From: an uncultured bacterium
GTDB lineage: Bacteria > Hydrothermota > Tepidihabitantia > SM23-42 > JAOAFX01
DNA length: 64,000 bases
Direction: 5' to 3'
Assembly (NCBI GenBank): GCA_964559225.1
Contig: CAZLGA010000002.1
Location: 11,837-75,836 of the forward strand
Made by a program: the position numbers and the translations under genes. Under the pieces are notes generated by a model. It saw nothing but the letters and a program-made list of their open reading frames with translations, searched no databases and was not told where the DNA came from. Shown piece by piece: positions 1 to 7,675 of this stretch (within the stretch, counting starts at the first letter, position 1; every line of letters begins with the position of its first letter).

Positions 1-320
1 TCAGGACAATATCCTTGTTTCACCGCATAATTCTTTATAGCATTAATAACTTCTGCAACACGAATACCCTGTGGACATCTTTCAGTGCAGGCATGGCAAT
101 GGGCACAGAGCCATAAGAATGGGGAAGAAAGAACTTCGGTTTTCATTCCCAACAAAGTGAGCCTGATTATCTTTCTCGGATTATACCGTTCATCCAGATA
201 CCGCACCGGACAACTTGCAGAACAATCACTGCAGCCAAAACATTTTAGTAAACCTTCGCCACCTTCGCTTTTGATAATTTTCCATTTAAAACTGATATCA
301 GCATTTCTTAAATCAATCAT
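1..320 (-). CDS. hdrC: Heterodisulfide reductase subunit C-like protein, 3' end truncated by the window edge. It is a second hdrC paralogue transcribed divergently from the NtrC-type regulator gene.
   Basis: Reverse-strand translation from ATG(320) gives MIDLRNADISFKWKIIKSEGGEGLLKCFGCSDCSASCPVRYLDERYNPRKIIRLTLLGMK...CAHCHACTERCPQGIRVAEVINAIKNYAVKQGYCP. This is collinear with, and highly similar to, the HdrC ORF at 6188-6682 (two CxxCxxCxxxCP motifs). An RBS ggaggcaatATG is present. Confidence 0.8.
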   Translation of the reverse strand, partial: MIDLRNADISFKWKIIKSEGGEGLLKCFGCSDCSASCPVRYLDERYNPRKIIRLTLLGMKTEVLSSPFLWLCAHCHACTERCPQGIRVAEVINAIKNYAVKQGYCP

Positions 321-386
321 ATTGCCTCCATCGGTGGTGAAATTATATATATTGGAGACAAAAAATCAAGGGGATGATAATGGGTA

Positions 387-414
387 TTGATTTCTTTCAT
401 TGGTTGTGTATAAT
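387..414 (+). promoter_or_regulatory. Putative sigma-70 promoter (-35 TTGATT, 16-nt spacer, -10 TATAAT) 12 nt upstream of the regulator ATG. It lies in a divergent intergenic region.
   Basis: Sequence ..attgatttctttcattggttgtgTATAATttttaatcactATG. Confidence 0.35.
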
Positions 415-425
415 TTTTAATCACT

Positions 426-1778
426 ATGAGGAGATACAGAATCTTGATTGTGGATGATGAAGCAATTGTTAGAGACGCACTGAGTGAATGGCTTGATAAT
501 TTAGGGTATGATACTAAAGCAGTTGATGATGGCGCAAAGGCAGTTGAACAAATTGAGCTGAATGAATGGGACGTTGTACTTGTGGATTTGAAGATGCCGA
601 AGATGGATGGGATTGAGACATTACGCAGGATACATAAAATAAAACCCGATTTGTCGGTAATCATAATAACCGGACATGGGAGTGTTGACAGCGCGGTTAT
701 GGCGATGAAAGAAGGCGCTGCAGATTATGTTATGAAACCTTTCAATCCTGAAGAAATAAATATCATTCTTAAGAAATTGCTTGAACATCAAGAAGTCATT
801 AAAGAGAACATAATTTTACGCAAGGAACTCGAAAAAAGATTCAAATTAGAAGATTTGATAGGGAAGAGCCCGAAAATGCAAAGAATCTTTGACTTGATAA
901 AGACCGTAGCAACAACAAAGTCGACCATTCTGATCAGAGGGGAGAGTGGAACTGGTAAAGAACTTGTTGCAAGGGCAATCCATAATTTGAGTCCTCGCAA
1001 TAAAGGTCCTTTTATCGCAACTGCCTGTGGTGCGATACCTGAGACTCTTCTTGAAGCAGAACTTTTTGGTTATGAAAAAGGTGCATTCACCGGTGCCTTG
1101 AGCCAGCACAAAGGGAGAATAGAGATGGCTGACCAGGGAACGCTTTTTCTTGATGAAATTGGTGACATCAGTCCTAAAACCCAGGTTGATCTTTTAAGAT
1201 TCTTGCAGGAGCGTGAGTTTCGCAGATTAGGTGGAAAAGAGCTTATCAAAGTAGATACGAGGGTGATTGCTGCGACTAACAAGAATCTTGAAGAAATGAT
1301 AAGAAAAGGGACTTTTCGTGAGGATCTGTATTATCGATTGAATGTTATTACGATTGAAATTCCCCCATTACGTGAGAGAAAAGAAGATATACCACTTCTT
1401 ATAGAGCATTTTTTGAGAAAATTTAGCGTTGAAAATAGAAAGGATATTTCAAGAGTCAGTCTTGATGCGATGGAACTATTGATAGCTTATGACTGGCCGG
1501 GTAATGTTCGTGAATTGGAGAATATAATTGAACATGCCGTCGTTGTGTCAAAAGCAAAGGAGATTGGGAAAAAGGACCTGCCAAGGAATTTGACTGATAA
1601 GTTCTCGGTCCCACAACTCGCCACTAAAGATCTCCGTCTTAACGCTGTTGAAAAAGAGCATATCCTGAATGTTCTTAAAATCTGTGATTGGAATATTAAG
1701 AAAGCAGCCCAAGTATTGGACATAAATCGCGTTACATTGTATAATAAAATGGAAAAGTATGGGTTGAAAAAGGGGTAG
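426..1778 (+). CDS. Sigma-54-dependent response regulator of the NtrC/AtoC family (REC + AAA+ sigma-54 activation + Fis-type HTH).
   Basis: N-terminal receiver (ILIVDDE...DLKMP). Walker A GESGTGKE and GAFTGA motif (EKGAFTGAL). C-terminal HTH (KKAAQVLDINRVTLYNKMEKYGL). Confidence 0.93.
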   Translation: MRRYRILIVDDEAIVRDALSEWLDNLGYDTKAVDDGAKAVEQIELNEWDVVLVDLKMPKMDGIETLRRIHKIKPDLSVIIITGHGSVDSAVMAMKEGAADYVMKPFNPEEINIILKKLLEHQEVIKENIILRKELEKRFKLEDLIGKSPKMQRIFDLIKTVATTKSTILIRGESGTGKELVARAIHNLSPRNKGPFIATACGAIPETLLEAELFGYEKGAFTGALSQHKGRIEMADQGTLFLDEIGDISPKTQVDLLRFLQEREFRRLGGKELIKVDTRVIAATNKNLEEMIRKGTFREDLYYRLNVITIEIPPLRERKEDIPLLIEHFLRKFSVENRKDISRVSLDAMELLIAYDWPGNVRELENIIEHAVVVSKAKEIGKKDLPRNLTDKFSVPQLATKDLRLNAVEKEHILNVLKICDWNIKKAAQVLDINRVTLYNKMEKYGLKKG

Positions 1779-1907
1779 TAAAATTCATTCATATTTTAAG
1801 GGCGCGAAGTCCCCTGGCTGAAAATGATTAGAAATCATTTAACCATTCAACCTTACTGGCAATTGTTTTAATTAACATCTGGGATTTGGCAGAGATTTTT
1901 AGATTCC

Positions 1908-1935
1908 TTGACTTCGCAGTCGGTTTTGATATAAT
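1908..1935 (+). promoter_or_regulatory. Putative sigma-70 promoter: TTGACT, 16-nt spacer, TATAAT, 20 nt upstream of the kinase ATG.
   Basis: Sequence ccTTGACTtcgcagtcggttttgaTATAATttg, seen directly. Confidence 0.5.
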
Positions 1936-1954
1936 TTGAAACGGAGATTTCTCA

Positions 1955-3871
1955 ATGGCACTGTTTCAATTTAGCTCTCTAAGAACTAAACTTGCACTAA
2001 GTTACATAGTCGCTGTTGGTTTCGTTGGCATTTTGTGTGCGATGATTGGTATCGTCACCATCAATCAGGGCATTATCAATCAGGCACAGGATCGAGTGAG
2101 CGCGGATTTGAATGCAGCAGGTTATATATATAACCAGATTGCGTTACAAGTTTTGAATACCTGCAGATTTACTGCTTCAAGATTTTTTTTGAAGGAAGCG
2201 TTGGTAAGAAATGACCGGAAAATAATCGCTACTGAATTCCGCCGAATACTAAACACAGAAAAAATCGATTTTCTTTCCGTCATTAATACAAAGTGTATCG
2301 TTGTGGCCCGGGGCTCAACTTCGGACCGATCAAATGATACTGTTAATAATCGGCTAATTGAGCATGCAATAAAAACAAAGACTCCTGTCAGTGCTACAGA
2401 AATATTAACTGCTGAAGAATTATATAAAGAGAATCCTCTGCTAAAACAAAAGGCAGAAATCAGGATTTTGCCGACCACCCGTGCTAAGTTCCAGCGCACA
2501 GGTGTTGAGACTTCAGGATTGGTGATCATCGGTGCTGCGCCAATTCTTGATGAAAATGAAAACGTGATCGGAGTTGTGTATGCCGGTAAGTTGATAAACA
2601 ATAATTTTGAAATTGTCGACCGTATAAAAAATACTGTCTTTATGAGTGAACAGTATAAGGGAAAGGATATTGGAACATCAACCATATTTATGAGAGATTT
2701 AAGGGTTTCCACAAATGTGACAAATATTGATGGCTCAAGGGCAATAGGGACATTAATATCAAAGGAAGTATATGATGCAGTACTTGAAAAAGGTCAGACC
2801 TGGCTCGCTCGGGCATTTGTAGTGAAGGACTGGTACATTACTGCCTATAGACCCATAAAAAATTTTGCCGGGGAGACAATAGGTGTTCTTTATGTTGGAA
2901 TATTGGAAAAAAAATATACTGATATGCGGAATCAGGTCATTTTGTTTTTTGTCGGTCTCACAATCATTGCAATGCTTGCAGTGACTGGATTCTCGTATCT
3001 GCTTTCCGGTGCAATCACAAAATCACTTGGAGAGATTGCTTGTGCAGCACGAGAAATTGGAAAGGGGAATTTCCCAGAGAAGATAAACATCACAACTAAA
3101 GATGAGATAGCAGATTTAGCAAAGGCGTTCCAGTATATGATAGATTCAATAAAGAGACGCGATGAAGAGCTGAAAAGATATGCACAGCAGACCATCGCTG
3201 AAGCAGAAAGACTGGCGATAATTGGACAACTTGCTGCCGGAGTTGCCCACGAGATAAACAATCCTTTGACAGGTATCTTACTGTATTGTGACTTAATGTT
3301 GAAAAATCTTTCTGATGATCACCCTCATAAGAAGCATCTTCTGCGCATAAACAATGAAGCTCAGCGCTGTAAAATGATAGTCAAGGGTCTGCTTGATTAT
3401 GCCAGAGAGAAGAAGCTTGAGATAAAGAAAGCATCAATAAATGAATTAGTTGAATCAACATTGAGCCTGTTGAAAACGCAGCCAATCTTTCTTAATATAA
3501 ACACAAAGATTGAACTTGATGGGAATATCCCTCAAATAAATATGGACCCCGGGCAAATCCAGCAGGTATTGATAAATATTATAATGAATGCGGTTGAGGC
3601 GATGGAAGGAAAAGGCGATTTGATAATAAAAACAGAGTTTTCTGAGGATAAGAGCTTTGTCCTCATATCTATATCTGATACTGGTCCGGGAGTAAAACCC
3701 GAGTTTATGAAGAAAATCTTTGAACCGTTCTTTACAACCAAAGAAGCACGTCAGGGAGTTGGACTTGGACTTTCAATAAGCAAGAGAATAATTGAGGACC
3801 ACAAAGGAACTATTGAGATTGTTAGTGAGCAGGGCAAAGGCGCCACATTTAAGATAAGGTTACCAATTTGA
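1955..3871 (+). CDS. Sensor histidine kinase with a periplasmic Cache-like domain, HAMP, HisKA and HATPase domains.
   Basis: Two TM segments (res ~15-35 and ~325-350) flank a ~290-aa extracytoplasmic domain. HAMP follows. H-box LAAGVAHEINNPL. G-boxes DTGPGV and GVGLGLSISKRI. Confidence 0.9.
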   Translation: MALFQFSSLRTKLALSYIVAVGFVGILCAMIGIVTINQGIINQAQDRVSADLNAAGYIYNQIALQVLNTCRFTASRFFLKEALVRNDRKIIATEFRRILNTEKIDFLSVINTKCIVVARGSTSDRSNDTVNNRLIEHAIKTKTPVSATEILTAEELYKENPLLKQKAEIRILPTTRAKFQRTGVETSGLVIIGAAPILDENENVIGVVYAGKLINNNFEIVDRIKNTVFMSEQYKGKDIGTSTIFMRDLRVSTNVTNIDGSRAIGTLISKEVYDAVLEKGQTWLARAFVVKDWYITAYRPIKNFAGETIGVLYVGILEKKYTDMRNQVILFFVGLTIIAMLAVTGFSYLLSGAITKSLGEIACAAREIGKGNFPEKINITTKDEIADLAKAFQYMIDSIKRRDEELKRYAQQTIAEAERLAIIGQLAAGVAHEINNPLTGILLYCDLMLKNLSDDHPHKKHLLRINNEAQRCKMIVKGLLDYAREKKLEIKKASINELVESTLSLLKTQPIFLNINTKIELDGNIPQINMDPGQIQQVLINIIMNAVEAMEGKGDLIIKTEFSEDKSFVLISISDTGPGVKPEFMKKIFEPFFTTKEARQGVGLGLSISKRIIEDHKGTIEIVSEQGKGATFKIRLPI

Positions 3872-4035
3872 ATACTTCATTCAAAAGTCAATAAATATAT
3901 GTTTAAGAATTAAACAAAAAACCATTGAGATTTGGAAATAAACAATCGTGTTTAAATAATATACAACAAGTCTTTCATTAGATTGCCTGGTTTCACCAAA
4001 AACTCACAAAATTTCATAAAATATTTGTTGTCCTC

Positions 4036-4051
4036 TGGCATGAATTTTGCA
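4036..4051 (+). promoter_or_regulatory. Canonical sigma-54 (-24/-12) promoter TGGCATG-N4-TTGCA. It probably drives the downstream phosphorelay and hdr genes under control of the adjacent NtrC-type activator.
   Basis: ctcTGGCATGaattTTGCAttt matches consensus TGGCACG-N4-TTGCW with one mismatch. GG and GC are spaced correctly. Confidence 0.6.
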
Positions 4052-4064
4052 TTTAGAATTAGTG

Positions 4065-4259
4065 ATGAAATGTCCATACCTTGAAGAGATTGTTGTAAAC
4101 TATTGTGCAGTAGCCCCGGTGAGAAAGATGATTCCCAAAGGAAAGCACAAGGAGCTTTCAAAGTGTGAGCAAGGATATTTTGATTGTCCTGTTTATCAAA
4201 ATTACCTCATGAAGAAGAAACAGGAACGACGTAATGGCGATGGAAGGAAAGAGAAATGA
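4065..4259 (+). CDS. Small Cys4 protein (64 aa from ATG 4065; the ORF track begins at a TTG at 4047). Possible zinc ribbon, translationally coupled (ATGA) to the hybrid kinase.
   Basis: MKCPYLEEIVVNYCAVAPVRKMIPKGKHKELSKCEQGYFDCPVYQ. Cys spacing C-x10-C-x19-C-x6-C. The stop overlaps the next start. The start lies at the predicted sigma-54 TSS, so the mRNA would be near-leaderless. Confidence 0.3.
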   Translation: MKCPYLEEIVVNYCAVAPVRKMIPKGKHKELSKCEQGYFDCPVYQNYLMKKKQERRNGDGRKEK

Positions 4260-5383
4260 AGCCGACGATTCCCAAGATACTGGTGATTGATGATGAACCG
4301 ACCATTTGCGATGCCTGTTATCAAATTCTCGCTGATAGGAACTACTCGGTGGAGGTCGCCAACAATGGTTTAGAGGGACTTAAGAAATTTGAAGATTTTG
4401 ACCCTGATATTGTGTTTATTGACCTGAAGATGCCTGGATTGAGTGGTGTTGATGTGCTAAGGGTAATTGTGGAAAAGAAAACAAATTCAATTCCAATTGT
4501 GATTACTGGTTATGCCTCTATTGAAACTGCAGTGGAATCAATGAAGAATGGTGCGTTTGACTTTCTCCCGAAACCATTCACTGCCGAGGAACTCATTGTG
4601 ATTACTGAACGAGCAATTGCAGAAAAACGGATTCTTGATGAGAAGGAAAAGATTGAAAAAGAGAAGGAGATGATGCGACAGAATTTTATCTCACTCGTTT
4701 CCCATGAATTACGAACTCCGTTGGTTGCGGTAATGCAGTATCTTGAGGTCCTTTTGGGCGGAATGGCAGGTCTGGTAACAGAGCAGCAGAAGAACATTCT
4801 TGATAGGATGAAGATACGGCTGAATGAGCTTCTAAATCTAATCAACCGCTGGTTGAAACTCGCTCGGATGGAAGAACTCAGTGTCAGGGAATCTTTTCAA
4901 AAATTTGAACTTGGGGATATCATTGAAGAGGCAATTGAGCTATTAAAGCCTCTTGCCGATGAAAAGGAGATAAAGATAGAAAAGAAGACAATTAGTGAAT
5001 CAACAAGAGTATTTGGTGACAGGGATTTAATCAAGGAAGTTTTTGTTAACATAATCACGAATAGCATAAAATACAATAAGGAGCAAGGATCGGTTTTCAT
5101 TGATTGCCGGCGAAACGGTAGTTGTGTTGCAGTTGATATTACTGATACAGGAATGGGTATTTCTGAAAACGAACTCAGTAAACTTGGTGAGGAATTTTAC
5201 CGAGTTAAGCGTGAAGGTATTGCCAGCGGTTCAGGACTTGGTCTGGCAATTGTGAAGAAAATACTTGATATTCACAATGGAAGAATTGAAATGAAGAGCA
5301 AACTGAACGAGGGGAGCACATTTTCAGTTTATTTGCCTCTTGCCTTTGATGAGGGTGAGAGCAGAAAAAGGAGTGAGTTATGA
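4256..5383 (+). CDS. Hybrid response regulator/histidine kinase (N-terminal REC, then HisKA + HATPase).
   Basis: REC (ILVIDDEPT...DLKMPGLSG). H-box ISLVSHELRTPLVAV. ATPase boxes DTGMGI and GSGLGLAIVKKI. Confidence 0.9.
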   Translation: MKPTIPKILVIDDEPTICDACYQILADRNYSVEVANNGLEGLKKFEDFDPDIVFIDLKMPGLSGVDVLRVIVEKKTNSIPIVITGYASIETAVESMKNGAFDFLPKPFTAEELIVITERAIAEKRILDEKEKIEKEKEMMRQNFISLVSHELRTPLVAVMQYLEVLLGGMAGLVTEQQKNILDRMKIRLNELLNLINRWLKLARMEELSVRESFQKFELGDIIEEAIELLKPLADEKEIKIEKKTISESTRVFGDRDLIKEVFVNIITNSIKYNKEQGSVFIDCRRNGSCVAVDITDTGMGISENELSKLGEEFYRVKREGIASGSGLGLAIVKKILDIHNGRIEMKSKLNEGSTFSVYLPLAFDEGESRKRSEL

Positions 5384-6171
5384 AAAAATCAAAGATTTTG
5401 TTCATTGATGATGATAAGGACTTTACTGAAGCGAACAAAATAATACTTGATAACGCGGGATATGATGTTATTACTGCTCAGGATGGTAAGACTGGAATGC
5501 AGAAGGCGATGAATGAGAAGCCCGATTTGATTATTCTTGATGTCATTCTGCCCGATATAAATGGGTTCTCATTGTGCCGGGAAATAAAAGAGGATATGAA
5601 CTTACAGGGTATCCCGGTAATACTTTTTACTGCTATTGGTGGAAAACCAGGTGCTTATCCTGAGAATATTGGAATACAGCACAAGGCAGATGCATATATT
5701 GAAAAACCTGCAAGTCCTCAAATTCTCTTAGAGAAAGTTAGTTTTCTCCTTACCACTGCTGCGCCCAGACAAAAAATTGAAGGTGCGAAGCCTAAAATTC
5801 TGCTTGTTGATGATGACCCAGATTTTCTTGAGGCAACAAAGCAAATCTTACAGGCAAATCGTTTTGAGGTGATCACTGCTAAGGATGGTGAAGAAGGTAT
5901 TCAAAAGGCAAAGATTGAGAATCCTGACTTAATATTTCTTGATGTGATTATGCCTGGCAAGGATGGTTATACGGTATGCTATGAACTGAGAAAGAATCCT
6001 CAAACAAGGCCAATTCCCATAATTATGCTTACAGCAATCGGACAGCAATTATCAAAACCCGAGTATGCTGTTGATATTGCGATTGACCACCTCGCAGATG
6101 ATTTTATTGACAAACCAGTTGATGCCCAAACTCTTTTGAAAAAAATAGAGAAGCATCTGTTATTCAGATAG
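5380..6171 (+). CDS. Tandem dual receiver-domain protein (REC-REC) with no output domain.
   Basis: Two receiver domains: ILFIDDDKDF...DVILPDINGF and ILLVDDDPDFLEA...DVIMPGKDGY. The start overlaps the upstream stop. Confidence 0.85.
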   Translation: MKKSKILFIDDDKDFTEANKIILDNAGYDVITAQDGKTGMQKAMNEKPDLIILDVILPDINGFSLCREIKEDMNLQGIPVILFTAIGGKPGAYPENIGIQHKADAYIEKPASPQILLEKVSFLLTTAAPRQKIEGAKPKILLVDDDPDFLEATKQILQANRFEVITAKDGEEGIQKAKIENPDLIFLDVIMPGKDGYTVCYELRKNPQTRPIPIIMLTAIGQQLSKPEYAVDIAIDHLADDFIDKPVDAQTLLKKIEKHLLFR

Positions 6172-6187
6172 ATAGGGTGGGCGATTT

Positions 6188-6682
6188 ATGAGCGATATTG
6201 AACCAAAATTCAAATATGAAGTCGCGCAGGAACCTGGTGGCGAGAAGATAAAACTCTGCTTTGCCTGTGGAATATGTACTGCAAGCTGTGCAGTGAGGGA
6301 AATTGACGAACGCTACAATCCCAGGAAGATAATAAGAATGATTCTTTTAGGTATGAAGAAAAGGGTTCTTGAGAATGAGTTTATTTGGTTGTGTTCGAGT
6401 TGTTACGCCTGCACTGAACGGTGTCCACAGGGTGTTCGGTTTACCGATGTTATGAATGCCATAAAAAATCTTGCAGTAAAACAGGGGTATGTCCCAAGTG
6501 CATTCATTCAGCAGATTGAAATCTTAAGAAATCTGGGAAGGCTCTATGAGATTGATGAATTTGACAATAACAAGAGAACAGCACTCGGGTTACCGAAGGT
6601 CTCAAAGGCTAAAGGATTTACACGGAAGATTATGGAGATAACAGGACTAATCAAGATTGTTAATAGAAAGAATGGACTGTAG
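6188..6682 (+). CDS. hdrC: Heterodisulfide reductase subunit C (4Fe-4S dicluster domain protein).
   Basis: CFACGICTASCAV and CSSCYACTERCPQ motifs. The end of the gene matches HdrC. Confidence 0.88.
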   Translation: MSDIEPKFKYEVAQEPGGEKIKLCFACGICTASCAVREIDERYNPRKIIRMILLGMKKRVLENEFIWLCSSCYACTERCPQGVRFTDVMNAIKNLAVKQGYVPSAFIQQIEILRNLGRLYEIDEFDNNKRTALGLPKVSKAKGFTRKIMEITGLIKIVNRKNGL

Positions 6683-6730
6683 GTTATCCGTTATTCTGAT
6701 AACCTTTTCTATGAAATGGAGTGTTAGATT

Positions 6731-7609
6731 ATGAAGTACGCATTTTTCCCTGGTTGTACGGTATTGGGTCGGGGCAGAAACTACGAGATGTCGGCAAGGG
6801 CGATTTCTTCGGTTTTAGGCATTGAGCTTATTGATCTTGATGATTTTGAATGTTGCGGCTTTCCGTTGAAATCGGTTCACTATGATACATATACGCTTAT
6901 GGCAGTAAGGAATATTTTTATTGCCGAAGAAAAGGGGTTTGATATCTGCACATTATGCAGTGCCTGCACTGGCTCACTTACGGAGGTCAACAGACATTTC
7001 AATGAAAATTTTGATGAAAAAGCCAAGGTTGTAGCACAACTGAGGAAAAGTGGAATTGAATTGAGAGTCAGCAAACCAGTAAGAGTAAAACACTTGATAA
7101 AAATTATTTATGAAGAGGTCGGGTTGGAAAAATTAGAAAAATCAATAAAGAAAAAGTTATCAAATCTTGCTCTTGCACCACATTACGGTTGTCATTACCT
7201 AAAACCTTCAGACATTTATGAGCCATCAGAAGATCCTGAGAATCCGAAATCCCTGGATGAATTGATCAGTGTTACTGGTGCACGAGTCGTCAATTATTCA
7301 GAGAAATTGAGATGTTGTGGGGCAGGTATCCTTGCGGTTAATGAAGATACCGCATATTTAATGACTCAACCGAAATTGAGAGAACTGACAAGAAATTCAG
7401 CTGATGCAATGGTTCTGATGTGTCCATTTTGCAGTGTGATGTATGATGATAATCAGAAGAAAATTGAACAGAAGTTTCAGGAACAGTACAATCTTCCCGT
7501 TCTCTATTACCCACAAGTGCTTGGGCTGGCAGTGGGATTAGAACCGAAAGCTCTTGGATTACAGATGAACAGGGTATCAACGCGGACACTGTTGGAGAAA
7601 ATAAAATGA
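6731..7609 (+). CDS. hdrB: Heterodisulfide reductase subunit B (two CCG cysteine-rich domains).
   Basis: CCG motifs ECCGFPL and LRCCGAG, flanked by CxxC-type segments (CTLCSACTG; CPFCSVM). Confidence 0.88.
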   Translation: MKYAFFPGCTVLGRGRNYEMSARAISSVLGIELIDLDDFECCGFPLKSVHYDTYTLMAVRNIFIAEEKGFDICTLCSACTGSLTEVNRHFNENFDEKAKVVAQLRKSGIELRVSKPVRVKHLIKIIYEEVGLEKLEKSIKKKLSNLALAPHYGCHYLKPSDIYEPSEDPENPKSLDELISVTGARVVNYSEKLRCCGAGILAVNEDTAYLMTQPKLRELTRNSADAMVLMCPFCSVMYDDNQKKIEQKFQEQYNLPVLYYPQVLGLAVGLEPKALGLQMNRVSTRTLLEKIK

Positions 7610-7675
7610 TGGCACTAATTATAACCACCCCTTTAATCTTATTGACTGTCATATTATTCAACCGGTTACTATATA

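Noticed and set aside
85-390. 101-aa plus-strand ORF at the window start
   Set aside because: It lies antisense to the clearly recognisable partial hdrC on the minus strand and has a low-complexity hydrophobic translation. Judged spurious.
317-664. 115-aa minus-strand ORF overlapping the NtrC-type regulator
   Set aside because: Antisense to a high-confidence CDS. Ser/Thr-rich with no recognisable motifs.
4047-4064. TTG start proposed by the ORF track for the small Cys-rich ORF
   Set aside because: It lies inside the sigma-54 -12 element. An ATG at 4065 immediately downstream is more plausible, and the ORF itself is kept at low confidence.
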